Assembly (NCBI GenBank): GCA_918272565.1
Contig: CAKJYW010000002.1
Span: forward strand, 44,266 to 108,265
Direction of reading: 5' to 3'
Source: Bacilli bacterium
GTDB lineage: Bacteria; Bacillota_I; Bacilli_A; ML615J-28; CAG-698
Length of the DNA: 64,000 bases
The notes beneath the pieces are model-generated. The model searched no databases. It was not told the origin of the DNA and saw only the letters and a list, made by a program, of their open reading frames with translations. The translations under genes were made by a program, and so were the position numbers. Shown piece by piece: positions 18,708 through 28,882 of this stretch. Position 1 is the first letter of the stretch; each line of letters starts with the position of its first letter.

Positions 18708-19508
18708 CTATTTAACATCTAAGAATCCATCTAACATTTCTTTTAATCGGTCAATTCTAAGTCCTAAACTTATTGTTCCACTAGATGCAACAGATATATT
18801 ACCTGTTTCCTCACTAACAACAATTGTTAAAGCATCGTATCTTTCACTTAAACCTATCGCTGCTCTATGACGTGTACCTAAGTTCTTAGGGATATCATAT
18901 TTATCAGTTGATGGTAAGTAAGCACCTGCGCACATGATCTTGTTCTTTCTAATGATAACTGCACCATCATGACAAGCAGTACCAGGATAGAAGATTGTTG
19001 TGAGGATTTCTTGGTTAATTGAAGAGTTGATAGGAATTGCTTTTTCAATGAAAGAATTCAAACTATCATTTCTTTCTATACTTATTAAAGCACCAATTTT
19101 CCTTTTTGACAAGTATTCTGCTGTATTACATAGTGTATCAATGATTTCTTGCTTTTCTAAAACGCTACTAAAGGCATTGTTTGTCTTGTTTGTTGTGAAA
19201 CGAATTTCAAAGTCATGCTTGATTTCTTGTGAATACACAACAATCAAACATACACCAAGTAACAAGGCACAGAACTTAAGTAGTACGTTAAATAACTCTA
19301 AAGAGAATACTAAAGACACAATATAAAGTATTATTCCAATCCCTAGTAAAATATAAAAGACAGGCTTTTTAATCTTCTTTAGAATGAAAGAAATCAGTAT
19401 CGAAATAACCACTATTGCTAGTATTACATCAATAACTAACTTTATTATACCACCAATTGAGTATCCATTGGTATATTCATTTAATAATTTTGTAAAAGTT
19501 TCAATCAT
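18708..19508 (-). CDS. cdaA: Diadenylate cyclase CdaA (DisA_N domain, membrane anchored)
   Basis: Three N-terminal TM helices, then DisA_N motifs ...TACHDGAVIIRKNKIMCAGAYLP...TRHRAAIGLSERYDALTIVVSEETGNISVA. Confidence 0.85.
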   Translation of the reverse strand: MIETFTKLLNEYTNGYSIGGIIKLVIDVILAIVVISILISFILKKIKKPVFYILLGIGIILYIVSLVFSLELFNVLLKFCALLLGVCLIVVYSQEIKHDFEIRFTTNKTNNAFSSVLEKQEIIDTLCNTAEYLSKRKIGALISIERNDSLNSFIEKAIPINSSINQEILTTIFYPGTACHDGAVIIRKNKIMCAGAYLPSTDKYDIPKNLGTRHRAAIGLSERYDALTIVVSEETGNISVASSGTISLGLRIDRLKEMLDGFLDVK

Positions 19509-19514
19509 TTTTTT

Positions 19515-20078
19515 CTACTCCTCTTTTAAAATCATATCTACTTTCATCTTTCTAGCTTCATCTAATGACTGACGAGGCAAAAAATATCTAATAATTTTCT
19601 CGTCTTTCTCATCAATGGCATAATCAATTGGTAGATTGTTTATTTCATCTAATAACAAAATATCAGCACCATTATCTACTAACAACTTAACCATATCTAA
19701 GTTACCTTTAGTAACGGCTAGATGCAAAGGTGTCTGTTCTAATTCCGTTCCAATATTTACATCGCACCCATAATCAATCAAGCATTTAACGAATTTAAGT
19801 TTATCTTCCATAACCGCTTTATGAATAGGCGCATCTCCGCTTTCATTTGCTAAATTAACATTAACACCACTTTCTAAGAAAATCTTAAAAAGTCTTAAGT
19901 CGTTCATCTTAATAGCAAGATGCAGTAAAGTGTTACCACTAGAGTTTTGAGTGTTAATATCAATATCTTCTTCTTTTAATCTATTTAGTGTATTTTTGAT
20001 ATATAGATAACGATGGGGATCACATTTAATAGAATATACAAAGTCACTAAATTTCTTCTTATTTCCTCTTTTGTACAT
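19515..20078 (-). CDS. Ankyrin-repeat protein (3-4 ANK repeats)
   Basis: GNTLLHLAIKMNDLRLFKIFLESGVNVNLANESGDAPIHKAV...TPLHLAVTKGNLDMVKLLVDNGADI. Its start overlaps the 3' end of the upstream helicase-like gene by 20 nt. Confidence 0.75.
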   Translation of the reverse strand: MYKRGNKKKFSDFVYSIKCDPHRYLYIKNTLNRLKEEDIDINTQNSSGNTLLHLAIKMNDLRLFKIFLESGVNVNLANESGDAPIHKAVMEDKLKFVKCLIDYGCDVNIGTELEQTPLHLAVTKGNLDMVKLLVDNGADILLLDEINNLPIDYAIDEKDEKIIRYFLPRQSLDEARKMKVDMILKEE

Positions 20079-23000
20079 TCTTTCCTCGCTTCATCTCTTC
20101 TAGCATCTTTTCATAATCTTTCGCAATACCAATCTTTGATATTAGTTTTGTATCAAAACCACTATTTAAATGGTTTTCATAAACATCACGATAAGTATTC
20201 ATTGATTCATCAGGAGTAGCATTTCCCCATAAGATTATATCAGCTTGAATGTTTTCTTGATTATATCTATATATTACTCCATTAGATGAGCAACTTGCTT
20301 TATATCCATCAGTCTCTAGATGCTTCTTGATATGTTCCATAACAGGTGTAGCACTAACCTCAGGTAGAGCATTCTCACAAACAAGTAGCTTCTTAATTCC
20401 TAAATAGAAACGATAAGCAAATTCACCATCAAGTAACTTATTATCATCATAGATAACCACTTTGTTTTTAGTGATTAAAAGTGAATCAATCAAGTTATCA
20501 CTAATATAGTCGACATCGATTGTATAATAATCTTCTAAGAATAAGATATTATAATCGCTATCATAATAATAACCACTAGATAAATCACATACATTAACTT
20601 GAGATAGAAGCAATGATAAAATCACATCTTCATTAATTCCCTTAGATAAGAAATAACCAGCAAATGCTTCGATAAACTCACTTTGTTTACCGATTTGTTT
20701 GATAAAGACATTTACTTTGATATTACAATTACGTTTGTAATTATCGTAAATGTATTTACAAACATTACCAGTTAAAACTTCAATTCCACAGTTATCGTTA
20801 TAATTTCTAGCGATTAACCCACTTATGCCACTAACTTTACATTGTAAGTTCTTAGGCATTGGTGTGTAGCGGTAATCGAAAGTGATTGTAGCGACTTGTC
20901 TTGTTCTACTGATTAGGTTATTAATAACTGATGTGTGGGTAGGTTTTTCACCACTTATAATAACTTGTTTAGCTAAGATGAAATCACCATAAGCGCTAGA
21001 TGAAAGCAAATGAGCATCATCAATAATAACCAAATCAAAATAGTTCTTATCTAAATACAAATTACAAATATCACTACTAGCAAGTATTACTTGCTTACTA
21101 TTACGACGAACATAATCAGCGTAATCCATAAACTTCTTGTTAATGTTACCATTACGAGAAGGTTCTCTCTTAATTCTTGATAATAACTTTTCTTCGTTAT
21201 TAACTACAACTTTCTTTTCTAGTTTGTATATTTCTTCTAACTTATTAATAAATTCTAAACTATTTTCTAGTTCAGGATATTTCTTGAAATAGATATTTAT
21301 GATATTAGTGAAATAAGTGTACTTAAAGTCATCAACTAACCCTTCACCATACTTACATTTAGAAGCGTAATTAATTAAACCATCTAAATGATATTCAGTT
21401 AATGCACTTAATCCCTCATTAGCATTTAGATATAATTCTAATTCGCTAGTAGAATTAAGTAAAGTCTCTAAATAATTAACAGTTTCATCTAAATCACTAT
21501 AATAATATCTAGAAACACCATCAACAAACATATGAGAATATGCTTTAAAGATATCGTTGATTTCATCACCTGTCTTCTTACATTTATCTAGGTGAACACT
21601 AATCTTTTCATATGTTTCATTCTTAAGGGCATCTAAGAAGCCACGAGCAGAGCTAAATGATTCCACAAAATCATTGTATGCATCAATTAAATCTGATAAA
21701 GCATTAATATCAGTTGCTTCTCCTTTGTAAGCTTCACCGAATAGTCTTTCATATTCGTAGTTGATATCAAAGTGCTTCTTTAAGTTCTCTCTCTTCGATA
21801 AACTTTCCTTTAAGAAATAATATGTCTTACTAGAAACAAAGTTTCCTTCTTTCTTCTTTAAGATCTTCTTTAGTCTATCGTTAGATGCATAGATATTACG
21901 CAAATAATCTAACACTTCAGTGATTTCTTCAATCTTCTTATTGAAATCTTTACTTAAAGTGATTCTATAACTTCCAATTAATAAAGCTAAATCCTCTAAG
22001 CCATAATAAGTTCTACGGAAGTTATTCAAAGATTTATTGATAGAAACATTATCTTTCTTGCATACTTCAATCAAAATCTTAATGATGCTCTTCTTATAAG
22101 TTTTTGTTGAAATGCTATCGTAGTATTCTTTAAAGTCACTAATCTTTTCTAAAACATCGTTATTAGGACGATATTTCTCAAGTGTTAGTTCGCTATATTC
22201 CTCTTTCTTTATTCTTAGTCTTTGAATATCAGAGAAATATCTTCTAACATGAGAGATTTGCTCTTCTAGATTACCACGTCCAAAGTACTTCTTTAATACA
22301 GAAGCCAAAGCCTTCTTAACTTTCTTTTCGTTACTTTGAAGATATTCTTCAATCAAACTCAAGATATCTTTAGCTTTCATCATTGCAACTTTAGGATAAT
22401 CAGTTGTGAAGTCTTTGATGTAATGAGTAGCATCATTGATTTCTTCTAAAACACTAGATACTTTTTTATAATATCCATCATATTCATCATTATTAATAGC
22501 ATTAATAACATTGCTATTAATCTCATGACTATCCAAAAATGTCATTAACTTTAATAGTTCACCAATCGAATCGTTGTTCTTACCAAAGTTGTATCCACTA
22601 ATCTTTTCGAATGTGGCGATACTCTTTCTGTAGTTGGCTATTTGTTCATTACCATCTAGAACTCTAACCATAATATCATTACGATTAGCAAATAGTTCAT
22701 CAATCAAATCTAGGTCATTTCTTGTATAGTATTTACCCATTATTTCATTGATTTCATCGTTGATATTAATCAAATCATAATTGTTAAATACTTGACCCAA
22801 ATTGAAATTGATCTCTTGGTAACTAGCTACATTATTCTTTAAACGTCTAAATTCATTTTGAGCTTTTCTAAAGCTTGATAAGTCACTGGTTTTCCAGCTT
22901 GAAGGAACACTGCGAATATCAAGTGCCTCAATCTTAGAAACGATCTTACGTAAAGATGCATAGTCGTTAATCTTAACTATAGAAAACTTTTCTTCTAGTG

Positions 23001-24324
23001 CCTTCTTCTCTTTTTTAAAGATAGAGAAGCATTCATAAATTCTCTTAATTAGCGTCATTATGACTTTAGCATCGCTTGCTTTGTTAGTTCTAGCAAGTGA
23101 CTTCCAATTAGAGTCGTTAAATACACCCATAGATTTAAGCGCTTCTTGGATTTTCTCTAATGCCTTAACGACTTCTAGATATTCATTTTTATATATATTA
23201 GAAAGGTCATCAATATCAATGATATTAGGTTTCTTATCAATCAAATTGATGATTTCATCTATTACTTCAATAAAACGATGGTCTAAGATTCTACTTCCAA
23301 TCTTTTCTTCAATCGAATTAATATATTGATAATCATCTTCTAATAAAGAATAATCAATATCGATGTGTTTAGCTGTCCAATCTTTTAACACTTCGCTATA
23401 AATCTTTTGATATGAATTAGTTAGATTAGATACATTATTACCTAGTCCATAATTATCAAGGTAATCTTCTACACTATCTAAAGTCTCTTTCATATTAGAG
23501 ATAAATAGAGTCTTTTTATTATCATACATTGCATTAAGCAAAATGTTCTTTAGAGCTAAAGTCTTACCAGTTCCATTTCCCCCAACAATCGTAAAGCTCT
23601 TTCCTAGTTTACTAACATAAACAGCTTTTCGTTGTTTCTTGTTTAACATGTCCGCAAAATAAACATCGCTTCCACGTAAATACATCTTATCATAGAAGAT
23701 ATCATCTTCAATATTTAATTCAAACTGGTTAGAATCAATCATGAACTCACGATTAGCAACTTCACCAAATGTTAAATAGTTTTCGATTTCTAGTCCTAGT
23801 CCATCAATCTTAACGATTTGAATACAGAAATGGTCGATACCATAAATTGTATCTTCTTCTAATGAAAGGCCTTCGATACCTCTACTTGATAATACCTTAA
23901 GTAAATAAGGATTAACAAATGATGTGGCTATCTTTTGAATTAAGATATCGTTTTGTTCATAATAAAGTTTAACAGGTATTAAAACAGCAGGAACAAACAC
24001 TTCTTTTTTGTCCTTGATATATTTAACAATGCCATATGTGATAAATAGTTGTCTATTTATGTTTTTCTTATTGATATTAAGAAAATAAATATATGGCATG
24101 ATGTTACGCATCTTGCTATTATTTAAGTTACTATGTCCAATGCCGGTATTTTGAATAGGCAAGTAAGCAACATCACTTAAAGAAACTAGTTCTTTTTTGA
24201 TTATTCTTTCAAATACAGTGACGTCAATGTTTCCTAGTTCAACATAACAATTGTCATTGAATATATTATTAAGATGTTGATTGTTATTACTAAGTTTTAA
24301 TAGTAATTCTTTTGCCATAATCAA
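20059..24324 (-). CDS. Large SF1 (Upf1-like, AAA_11/AAA_12-type) helicase-like ATPase with DUF4011-like N-terminus, ~840-aa helical insertion and a possible Vsr/DUF559-like C-terminal tail
   Basis: N-terminal LFITYGIVKY...VFVPAVLIPVKL resembles the DUF4011 core. Walker A TIVGGNGTGKTLALKN at ~aa 245. Motif II-like LVIIDDAHLL at ~aa 1090. Lys/Glu-rich low-complexity region in between. C-terminal HLETDGYKAS...DIILWGN resembles the E.DG..H endonuclease-fold tail common on such helicases. 1421 aa. Confidence 0.5.
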   Translation of the reverse strand: MIMAKELLLKLSNNNQHLNNIFNDNCYVELGNIDVTVFERIIKKELVSLSDVAYLPIQNTGIGHSNLNNSKMRNIMPYIYFLNINKKNINRQLFITYGIVKYIKDKKEVFVPAVLIPVKLYYEQNDILIQKIATSFVNPYLLKVLSSRGIEGLSLEEDTIYGIDHFCIQIVKIDGLGLEIENYLTFGEVANREFMIDSNQFELNIEDDIFYDKMYLRGSDVYFADMLNKKQRKAVYVSKLGKSFTIVGGNGTGKTLALKNILLNAMYDNKKTLFISNMKETLDSVEDYLDNYGLGNNVSNLTNSYQKIYSEVLKDWTAKHIDIDYSLLEDDYQYINSIEEKIGSRILDHRFIEVIDEIINLIDKKPNIIDIDDLSNIYKNEYLEVVKALEKIQEALKSMGVFNDSNWKSLARTNKASDAKVIMTLIKRIYECFSIFKKEKKALEEKFSIVKINDYASLRKIVSKIEALDIRSVPSSWKTSDLSSFRKAQNEFRRLKNNVASYQEINFNLGQVFNNYDLININDEINEIMGKYYTRNDLDLIDELFANRNDIMVRVLDGNEQIANYRKSIATFEKISGYNFGKNNDSIGELLKLMTFLDSHEINSNVINAINNDEYDGYYKKVSSVLEEINDATHYIKDFTTDYPKVAMMKAKDILSLIEEYLQSNEKKVKKALASVLKKYFGRGNLEEQISHVRRYFSDIQRLRIKKEEYSELTLEKYRPNNDVLEKISDFKEYYDSISTKTYKKSIIKILIEVCKKDNVSINKSLNNFRRTYYGLEDLALLIGSYRITLSKDFNKKIEEITEVLDYLRNIYASNDRLKKILKKKEGNFVSSKTYYFLKESLSKRENLKKHFDINYEYERLFGEAYKGEATDINALSDLIDAYNDFVESFSSARGFLDALKNETYEKISVHLDKCKKTGDEINDIFKAYSHMFVDGVSRYYYSDLDETVNYLETLLNSTSELELYLNANEGLSALTEYHLDGLINYASKCKYGEGLVDDFKYTYFTNIINIYFKKYPELENSLEFINKLEEIYKLEKKVVVNNEEKLLSRIKREPSRNGNINKKFMDYADYVRRNSKQVILASSDICNLYLDKNYFDLVIIDDAHLLSSSAYGDFILAKQVIISGEKPTHTSVINNLISRTRQVATITFDYRYTPMPKNLQCKVSGISGLIARNYNDNCGIEVLTGNVCKYIYDNYKRNCNIKVNVFIKQIGKQSEFIEAFAGYFLSKGINEDVILSLLLSQVNVCDLSSGYYYDSDYNILFLEDYYTIDVDYISDNLIDSLLITKNKVVIYDDNKLLDGEFAYRFYLGIKKLLVCENALPEVSATPVMEHIKKHLETDGYKASCSSNGVIYRYNQENIQADIILWGNATPDESMNTYRDVYENHLNSGFDTKLISKIGIAKDYEKMLEEMKRGKNVQKRK

Positions 24325-24429
24325 TACCTACTTATCCAAAATATATTATATCATAAACAATGATAAAAAAAAATAAAAGTGATTTATTTAATGTATTTTG
24401 ATATAATAAATAGGAAAGAAGATGAAATT

Positions 24430-25713
24430 ATGAATAGTAATATTATTCCTTATCAAAAAGCTTTGATTGTGGCAGTGGATACAAAGGATGATGAAGCTAA
24501 GTTCAATTTAGAAATTGAAGAGTTAAAAGATCTAGCATACGCCTGTGAGATTGAAGTTGTTGATGTTGTCACACAAAAGAGAAGATTTGTTGATACGAAC
24601 ACCTATGTTGGTAAAGGTAAATTAGATGAAATAAAACTAGCGATTGATGCTTTAGATATTGAAGTCGTTTTATTTAATGATGAACTTCTTCCATCTCAAA
24701 TATCTAAGTTGCAAGAAGCGCTAGATATCCAAATCTTTGATAGAACATATGTAATATTAGAGATCTTTAGACGTAGAGCTAAAACTAAAGAAGCTTACCT
24801 TCAAGTAGAAATTGCGTCTTTAGATTATATGCTACCGCGCTTAACGGGCTTGCACCAAGGGTTATCTCGTCAAAGAGGTACTGGTGGTGGATTTGCTCAT
24901 GGTCGTGGTGCTGGTGAAACAAAACTAGAATTAGATAAACGTGTTACAACTAATAGAATCGTAGCGCTAAGGGAAGAACTCGCTGACTTAACACGCTTAA
25001 GACAAGAACAAAGAACTCTAAGAAAGAAAAACGAAGAAAAAGTAGTAAGCCTAGTTGGCTACACTAATAGTGGTAAATCATCTACTTTAAATGCTATTCT
25101 TAATTACTCAACTGGTATCAAGAAGGAAGTATTAGAAAAAGATATGCTTTTTGCAACTCTTGAAACTTCAACAAGGCGAATCGATTTAAAGAATAACGCT
25201 CACTTCCTCTTAACTGATACAGTTGGATTTGTTAATAAACTACCTCATCATTTAGTTGAATCATTTAAATCAACCTTAGAAGAGGTAAAAGAATCTGATT
25301 TAATCATCCATGTAGTCGATGCCTCTAACCCTGACTTTGCTAGTCAAATTGAAGCAACAAACAAAGTATTAACTGAACTTGAAGTAAATACCATTCCTGT
25401 AATCTATGCATTTAATAAAATAGATAAAGTTGAAGGCTACTTCTTCGCACCAGTTGAATACTACCCATCAATAACAATCAGTGCAAAAAGCGGAACAAAC
25501 ATCGATGAATTAATCAAATTAGTCACAAATAAACTATTTAGTGATTATACTTATCAAAAACTATTAATACCTTATAAAGATACAAAGGACCTAGAAATAA
25601 TCAAGCAAAACTCTTTCGATTATGAAATAGAATACTCAGATGAAGGTTCTATCTTTAAAGGAAAAACTAACAATAGAATTAATAAGTTAATTGAGAAATA
25701 CAAAAAAGCTTAA
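24430..25713 (+). CDS. hflX: GTPase HflX
   Basis: G1 GYTNSGKSS, G3 DTVGF, and an HflX N-terminal domain. Start chosen at the Met of MNSNIIPYQKALIVAV; the ORF track offers 24379 as an alternative upstream start. Confidence 0.85.
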   Translation: MNSNIIPYQKALIVAVDTKDDEAKFNLEIEELKDLAYACEIEVVDVVTQKRRFVDTNTYVGKGKLDEIKLAIDALDIEVVLFNDELLPSQISKLQEALDIQIFDRTYVILEIFRRRAKTKEAYLQVEIASLDYMLPRLTGLHQGLSRQRGTGGGFAHGRGAGETKLELDKRVTTNRIVALREELADLTRLRQEQRTLRKKNEEKVVSLVGYTNSGKSSTLNAILNYSTGIKKEVLEKDMLFATLETSTRRIDLKNNAHFLLTDTVGFVNKLPHHLVESFKSTLEEVKESDLIIHVVDASNPDFASQIEATNKVLTELEVNTIPVIYAFNKIDKVEGYFFAPVEYYPSITISAKSGTNIDELIKLVTNKLFSDYTYQKLLIPYKDTKDLEIIKQNSFDYEIEYSDEGSIFKGKTNNRINKLIEKYKKA

Positions 25714-25739
25714 AATTAATGAGTATAAATTATTCAATA

Positions 25740-25772
25740 ACTATCTAGACTAATTTCTAGGTAGTTTTTTCT
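25740..25772 (+). terminator. Rho-independent terminator of hflX
   Basis: Hairpin CTATCTAGACTAATTTCTAGGTAG followed by a 6-T run. Confidence 0.5.
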
Positions 25773-25783
25773 TAAACAATGCA

Positions 25784-25830
25784 GTTATGGGGGTAAGTTT
25801 TAAGAAAAATCAAAAAGATACCCCCATAAC
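25784..25830. repeat. G/C-rich stem-loop GTTATGGGGG-(27 nt)-CCCCCATAAC in a convergent intergenic spacer
   Basis: 10-bp perfect inverted repeat with G5/C5 runs, unusual in this AT-rich DNA; not followed by a T-run. Confidence 0.4.
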
Positions 25831-25849
25831 TTGCAAAATACCACCACAA

Positions 25850-25897
25850 CTAAAAAAACAATCCTAAATTGATTCAACATCAATTCGGGATTGTTTT
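25850..25897 (-). terminator. Rho-independent terminator of the ribokinase-like gene
   Basis: On the minus strand: AACAATCCCGAATTGATGTTGAATCAATTTAGGATTGTT followed by a 7-T run. Confidence 0.5.
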
Positions 25898-25900
25898 TAT

Positions 25901-26821
25901 TTAATCATCACTTTCTTCTAATGTTTCTAATATTGCTTCTATCTCTTTAAGGCTAGCCTTATAATTAATTGCTCCTTTATATAAAGTAGATAAAGATGCA
26001 CAAACATTTGAATAAATGATTGCTTTTTCTATATCATAATTATTTGACAAGCAGTAACATAGCATCGCATTAAAAGCATCACCAGCACCTGTTGTATCAA
26101 CTGGTGTTATTTTTATAGTTTCATATTTTGTAATAATTCCATCTTTGAAGTGAAGTGCTCCATTTTTACCAATTGTAACAATAACTTCTTTTATTTTTAG
26201 TTCATCCATTTTACTAGCAATTAGTTCTAAATCTTCATCTTCATCTAAATTAAAGATTGCTCTAGCTTCCCCTTCATTTGGAGTAATGATATCTGCAAAT
26301 TGTAAAAGGGATGCATATTCGCTATTATATGGAGCCGGATTAATGATAATCTTTACTCCTTTTTCTTTAGCAATACTAATAGCTTCTAAATTAGCACTAA
26401 AAGGAACTTCAAACTGAAGTGATAAGATATCACTTGCTTCGATTCTTTCTTTATAGTCTATAATATCATTTACTTTTAGTTTTAGGCTTGCCCCTGGATA
26501 TTCAGTAACGATGTTTTCTCCATATTTATCTTTTAAGATATAAGCAAAGGCAGTTTTATCATCTTTTTTAATTAAATCAAAATTGATTCCTCTTTTTCTT
26601 AAGTCGCTAATACACTTTTCTCCACCTTCATCATTTCCAATTGATGATAAGAAAAAGACATCAGTTCCAAGACTATTTAAAATAACTGCTTGGTTATAGC
26701 CTTTTCCTCCTACTTCTTCAGAGAAATTAGATGTAATTATTGTTTCACCTTTTTTAGGTAAATGATCTGACTCTAAAAAATAACTATTTCCACTTAATCC
26801 AATAACAAATACTTTATTCAT
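25901..26821 (-). CDS. rbsK: PfkB-family sugar kinase, ribokinase-like
   Basis: GGKGYNQAVIL and DTTGAGDAFNAML ribokinase signatures; 306 aa. Confidence 0.6.
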   Translation of the reverse strand: MNKVFVIGLSGNSYFLESDHLPKKGETIITSNFSEEVGGKGYNQAVILNSLGTDVFFLSSIGNDEGGEKCISDLRKRGINFDLIKKDDKTAFAYILKDKYGENIVTEYPGASLKLKVNDIIDYKERIEASDILSLQFEVPFSANLEAISIAKEKGVKIIINPAPYNSEYASLLQFADIITPNEGEARAIFNLDEDEDLELIASKMDELKIKEVIVTIGKNGALHFKDGIITKYETIKITPVDTTGAGDAFNAMLCYCLSNNYDIEKAIIYSNVCASLSTLYKGAINYKASLKEIEAILETLEESDD

Positions 26822-26869
26822 AATAAAACCCTCATAAATATTCTATCAAAAGATTAATTAATGAGCAAA

Positions 26870-26902
26870 TAAAAAATTGAGGCATAATATGATGCCTCAA
26901 TT
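26870..26902 (-). terminator. Rho-independent terminator of the SIS-protein gene
   Basis: On the minus strand: TTGAGGCATCATATTATGCCTCAA followed by TTTTTTATTT. Confidence 0.5.
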
Positions 26903-26911
26903 TGTTCTTTA

Positions 26912-28726
26912 TTATTTAATATCTTCTTTAGGATCTTTACCTAAACGTTTTAATGTCTCAACAACATAGCTTTCACGATATTCATCTTTACTGCTTCTTT
27001 CATAAGCTGACTTGAAGAATTCTAGGTTAGCTTGTTCATAAGGAATACCAGCGATATTAGCGATGATTCTTGTTGAACGGTCGATTAGTTTCTTGTTTGT
27101 AGGTAAAACTTGGATCATCCAGTTACTCCAAACACGTCCCATCTTAGCCATTGTAGCTGTTGATAAAACGTTGAATGCTAACTTAACCATTAAGTGAGTC
27201 ATTAATTCATTAGAAGTTCTTGTTAATTTAACAGGAATTAAGATTTCGTTTTCGTATTTCTTTCCCTTAGAGATTTCACCCATACGGATTAAAACACCTT
27301 TTTCAAACTTCTTAACTTCTTCTTTGAACCATGCAAGTACTTCAGGAGTAGCACTGCCATTAATATCCATACAAACTAATACGTTAGGTTTACGTGAGTA
27401 ACGTGATTCATCATCACAGTTACCGATGTTGTATTGTTCTACTTCTTCGCTTCCAACTTTAGGCATATTTGCGATAATGTCAGGAGCAGCTTCAAGTCTA
27501 ATATAGTCTTCCTTAGTCCAGTTAAGACCTTTGATTGGACGACGGAATACATGTTGCCATGCAACTTCATTAGGATATAGAGGGTCTTTAACGTATGCCC
27601 AACTTAATTCAGCATTCTTATCATTGAATTTTCTAAATGGTGGAAGTGTGAATGTTGGTTGACGTTCAGTTGTATCAGTCATAATATCAAGTAGATAATC
27701 ATGTGTACAATAAGTAACTAGTCCATGGTTATCATAAATTGATTTTTCAAGTTCAACTGCAGCAGCTAAGCCTTTTAATGCTTTTCCGCTTGATAGTTGT
27801 TTGTTGATGGCTTTGAATTGTTTTGCATATTCGTTGATATCTAAAGCAACGATTCCTGCAACTTCTTTTTCAGCTTCAGTTAAGTTTTCATCACACCACT
27901 TTTGACATGCTAGTTCAAATGCGGCACCAGCAACTAATAATTCAACTGTAGTTACTTGCATACGAGTTGATCCACTAACTGCCATGTTACCAACAAATAA
28001 TGGCATCTTAATGATGTTAGGACGAGCAAATACTTTTCTAACTCTCTCTAAGTGTTCGCAAAGAATATTTTTTGGATTACAGAATAAATAATAAGTAGTA
28101 CATCCACGGATGTCAGCTTCAATTACTGAACCATTGATTGATGCAGAAAGACCGCACTCAGATAAACCAAGTAGTACATCACCAACACCAATTCCTGCTT
28201 CTCTTACTTGTTCAGCACCAAATGTCATATAGTCTTCGAAGTTTTCTACACTTCTAACTAATGCTCTATCGCCACCTGTAGTAAATGATTCAACACGATT
28301 AGCGTTATACATGAATTGTTCACGCTTTGCTGGAATCTTATTAGCAAGGTTAGTCCAGAAATATCTCCATGCTGCATCTAGTTGAATAGCCATTCTTCCA
28401 CTAGCACCAACTGAAGAAATAACAACTCTCTTGTTTTCATCAATAACACGTTTGCAATCATCAACTAATCTAGCAAATTCTTTTGACTTGAATGCACGTG
28501 CAGCAACTGTTGGAATATCAACATGCTTTCCTTCATAAGTGTTCTTAACATCAGCTGATAAGATCATAGCAACACCAGCAGCTGTGTCTTTAGCGATTGT
28601 TGCGCTCAAGTTACGTGTCAAAACGTTAGATTGTTCAGTAGGAATTACACCTAAATGGAATTGTTTTTCATTTTCAATGAAATCTTTAGAGGCTAACTTA
28701 TAGTCCTTTATATCTTTATAATCCAT
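26912..28726 (-). CDS. Long (604 aa) GCKR/MurQ-family SIS-domain protein (N-acetylmuramic-acid-6-phosphate-etherase-like / glucokinase-regulator-like)
   Basis: The segment VSGSTRMQVTTVELLVAGAAFELA matches the conserved MurQ/GCKR loop [23 protein letters not shown], and VISSVGASGRMAIQL looks SIS-like. At ~600 aa it is twice the length of MurQ, as in eukaryotic GCKR. Confidence 0.4.
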   Translation of the reverse strand: MDYKDIKDYKLASKDFIENEKQFHLGVIPTEQSNVLTRNLSATIAKDTAAGVAMILSADVKNTYEGKHVDIPTVAARAFKSKEFARLVDDCKRVIDENKRVVISSVGASGRMAIQLDAAWRYFWTNLANKIPAKREQFMYNANRVESFTTGGDRALVRSVENFEDYMTFGAEQVREAGIGVGDVLLGLSECGLSASINGSVIEADIRGCTTYYLFCNPKNILCEHLERVRKVFARPNIIKMPLFVGNMAVSGSTRMQVTTVELLVAGAAFELACQKWCDENLTEAEKEVAGIVALDINEYAKQFKAINKQLSSGKALKGLAAAVELEKSIYDNHGLVTYCTHDYLLDIMTDTTERQPTFTLPPFRKFNDKNAELSWAYVKDPLYPNEVAWQHVFRRPIKGLNWTKEDYIRLEAAPDIIANMPKVGSEEVEQYNIGNCDDESRYSRKPNVLVCMDINGSATPEVLAWFKEEVKKFEKGVLIRMGEISKGKKYENEILIPVKLTRTSNELMTHLMVKLAFNVLSTATMAKMGRVWSNWMIQVLPTNKKLIDRSTRIIANIAGIPYEQANLEFFKSAYERSSKDEYRESYVVETLKRLGKDPKEDIK

Positions 28727-28882
28727 AATATCCTCCTATATATAAATTATTATTGGATTTTTACCACGAATTATTATACCACATATAACACCTATAATCA
28801 ATAAATATAAAAAGCTGCCATTGGGGCATTCTCAATAATGAAAACGCCTAGAGGCAGCTTTTATATCTGAATATCATAAATT

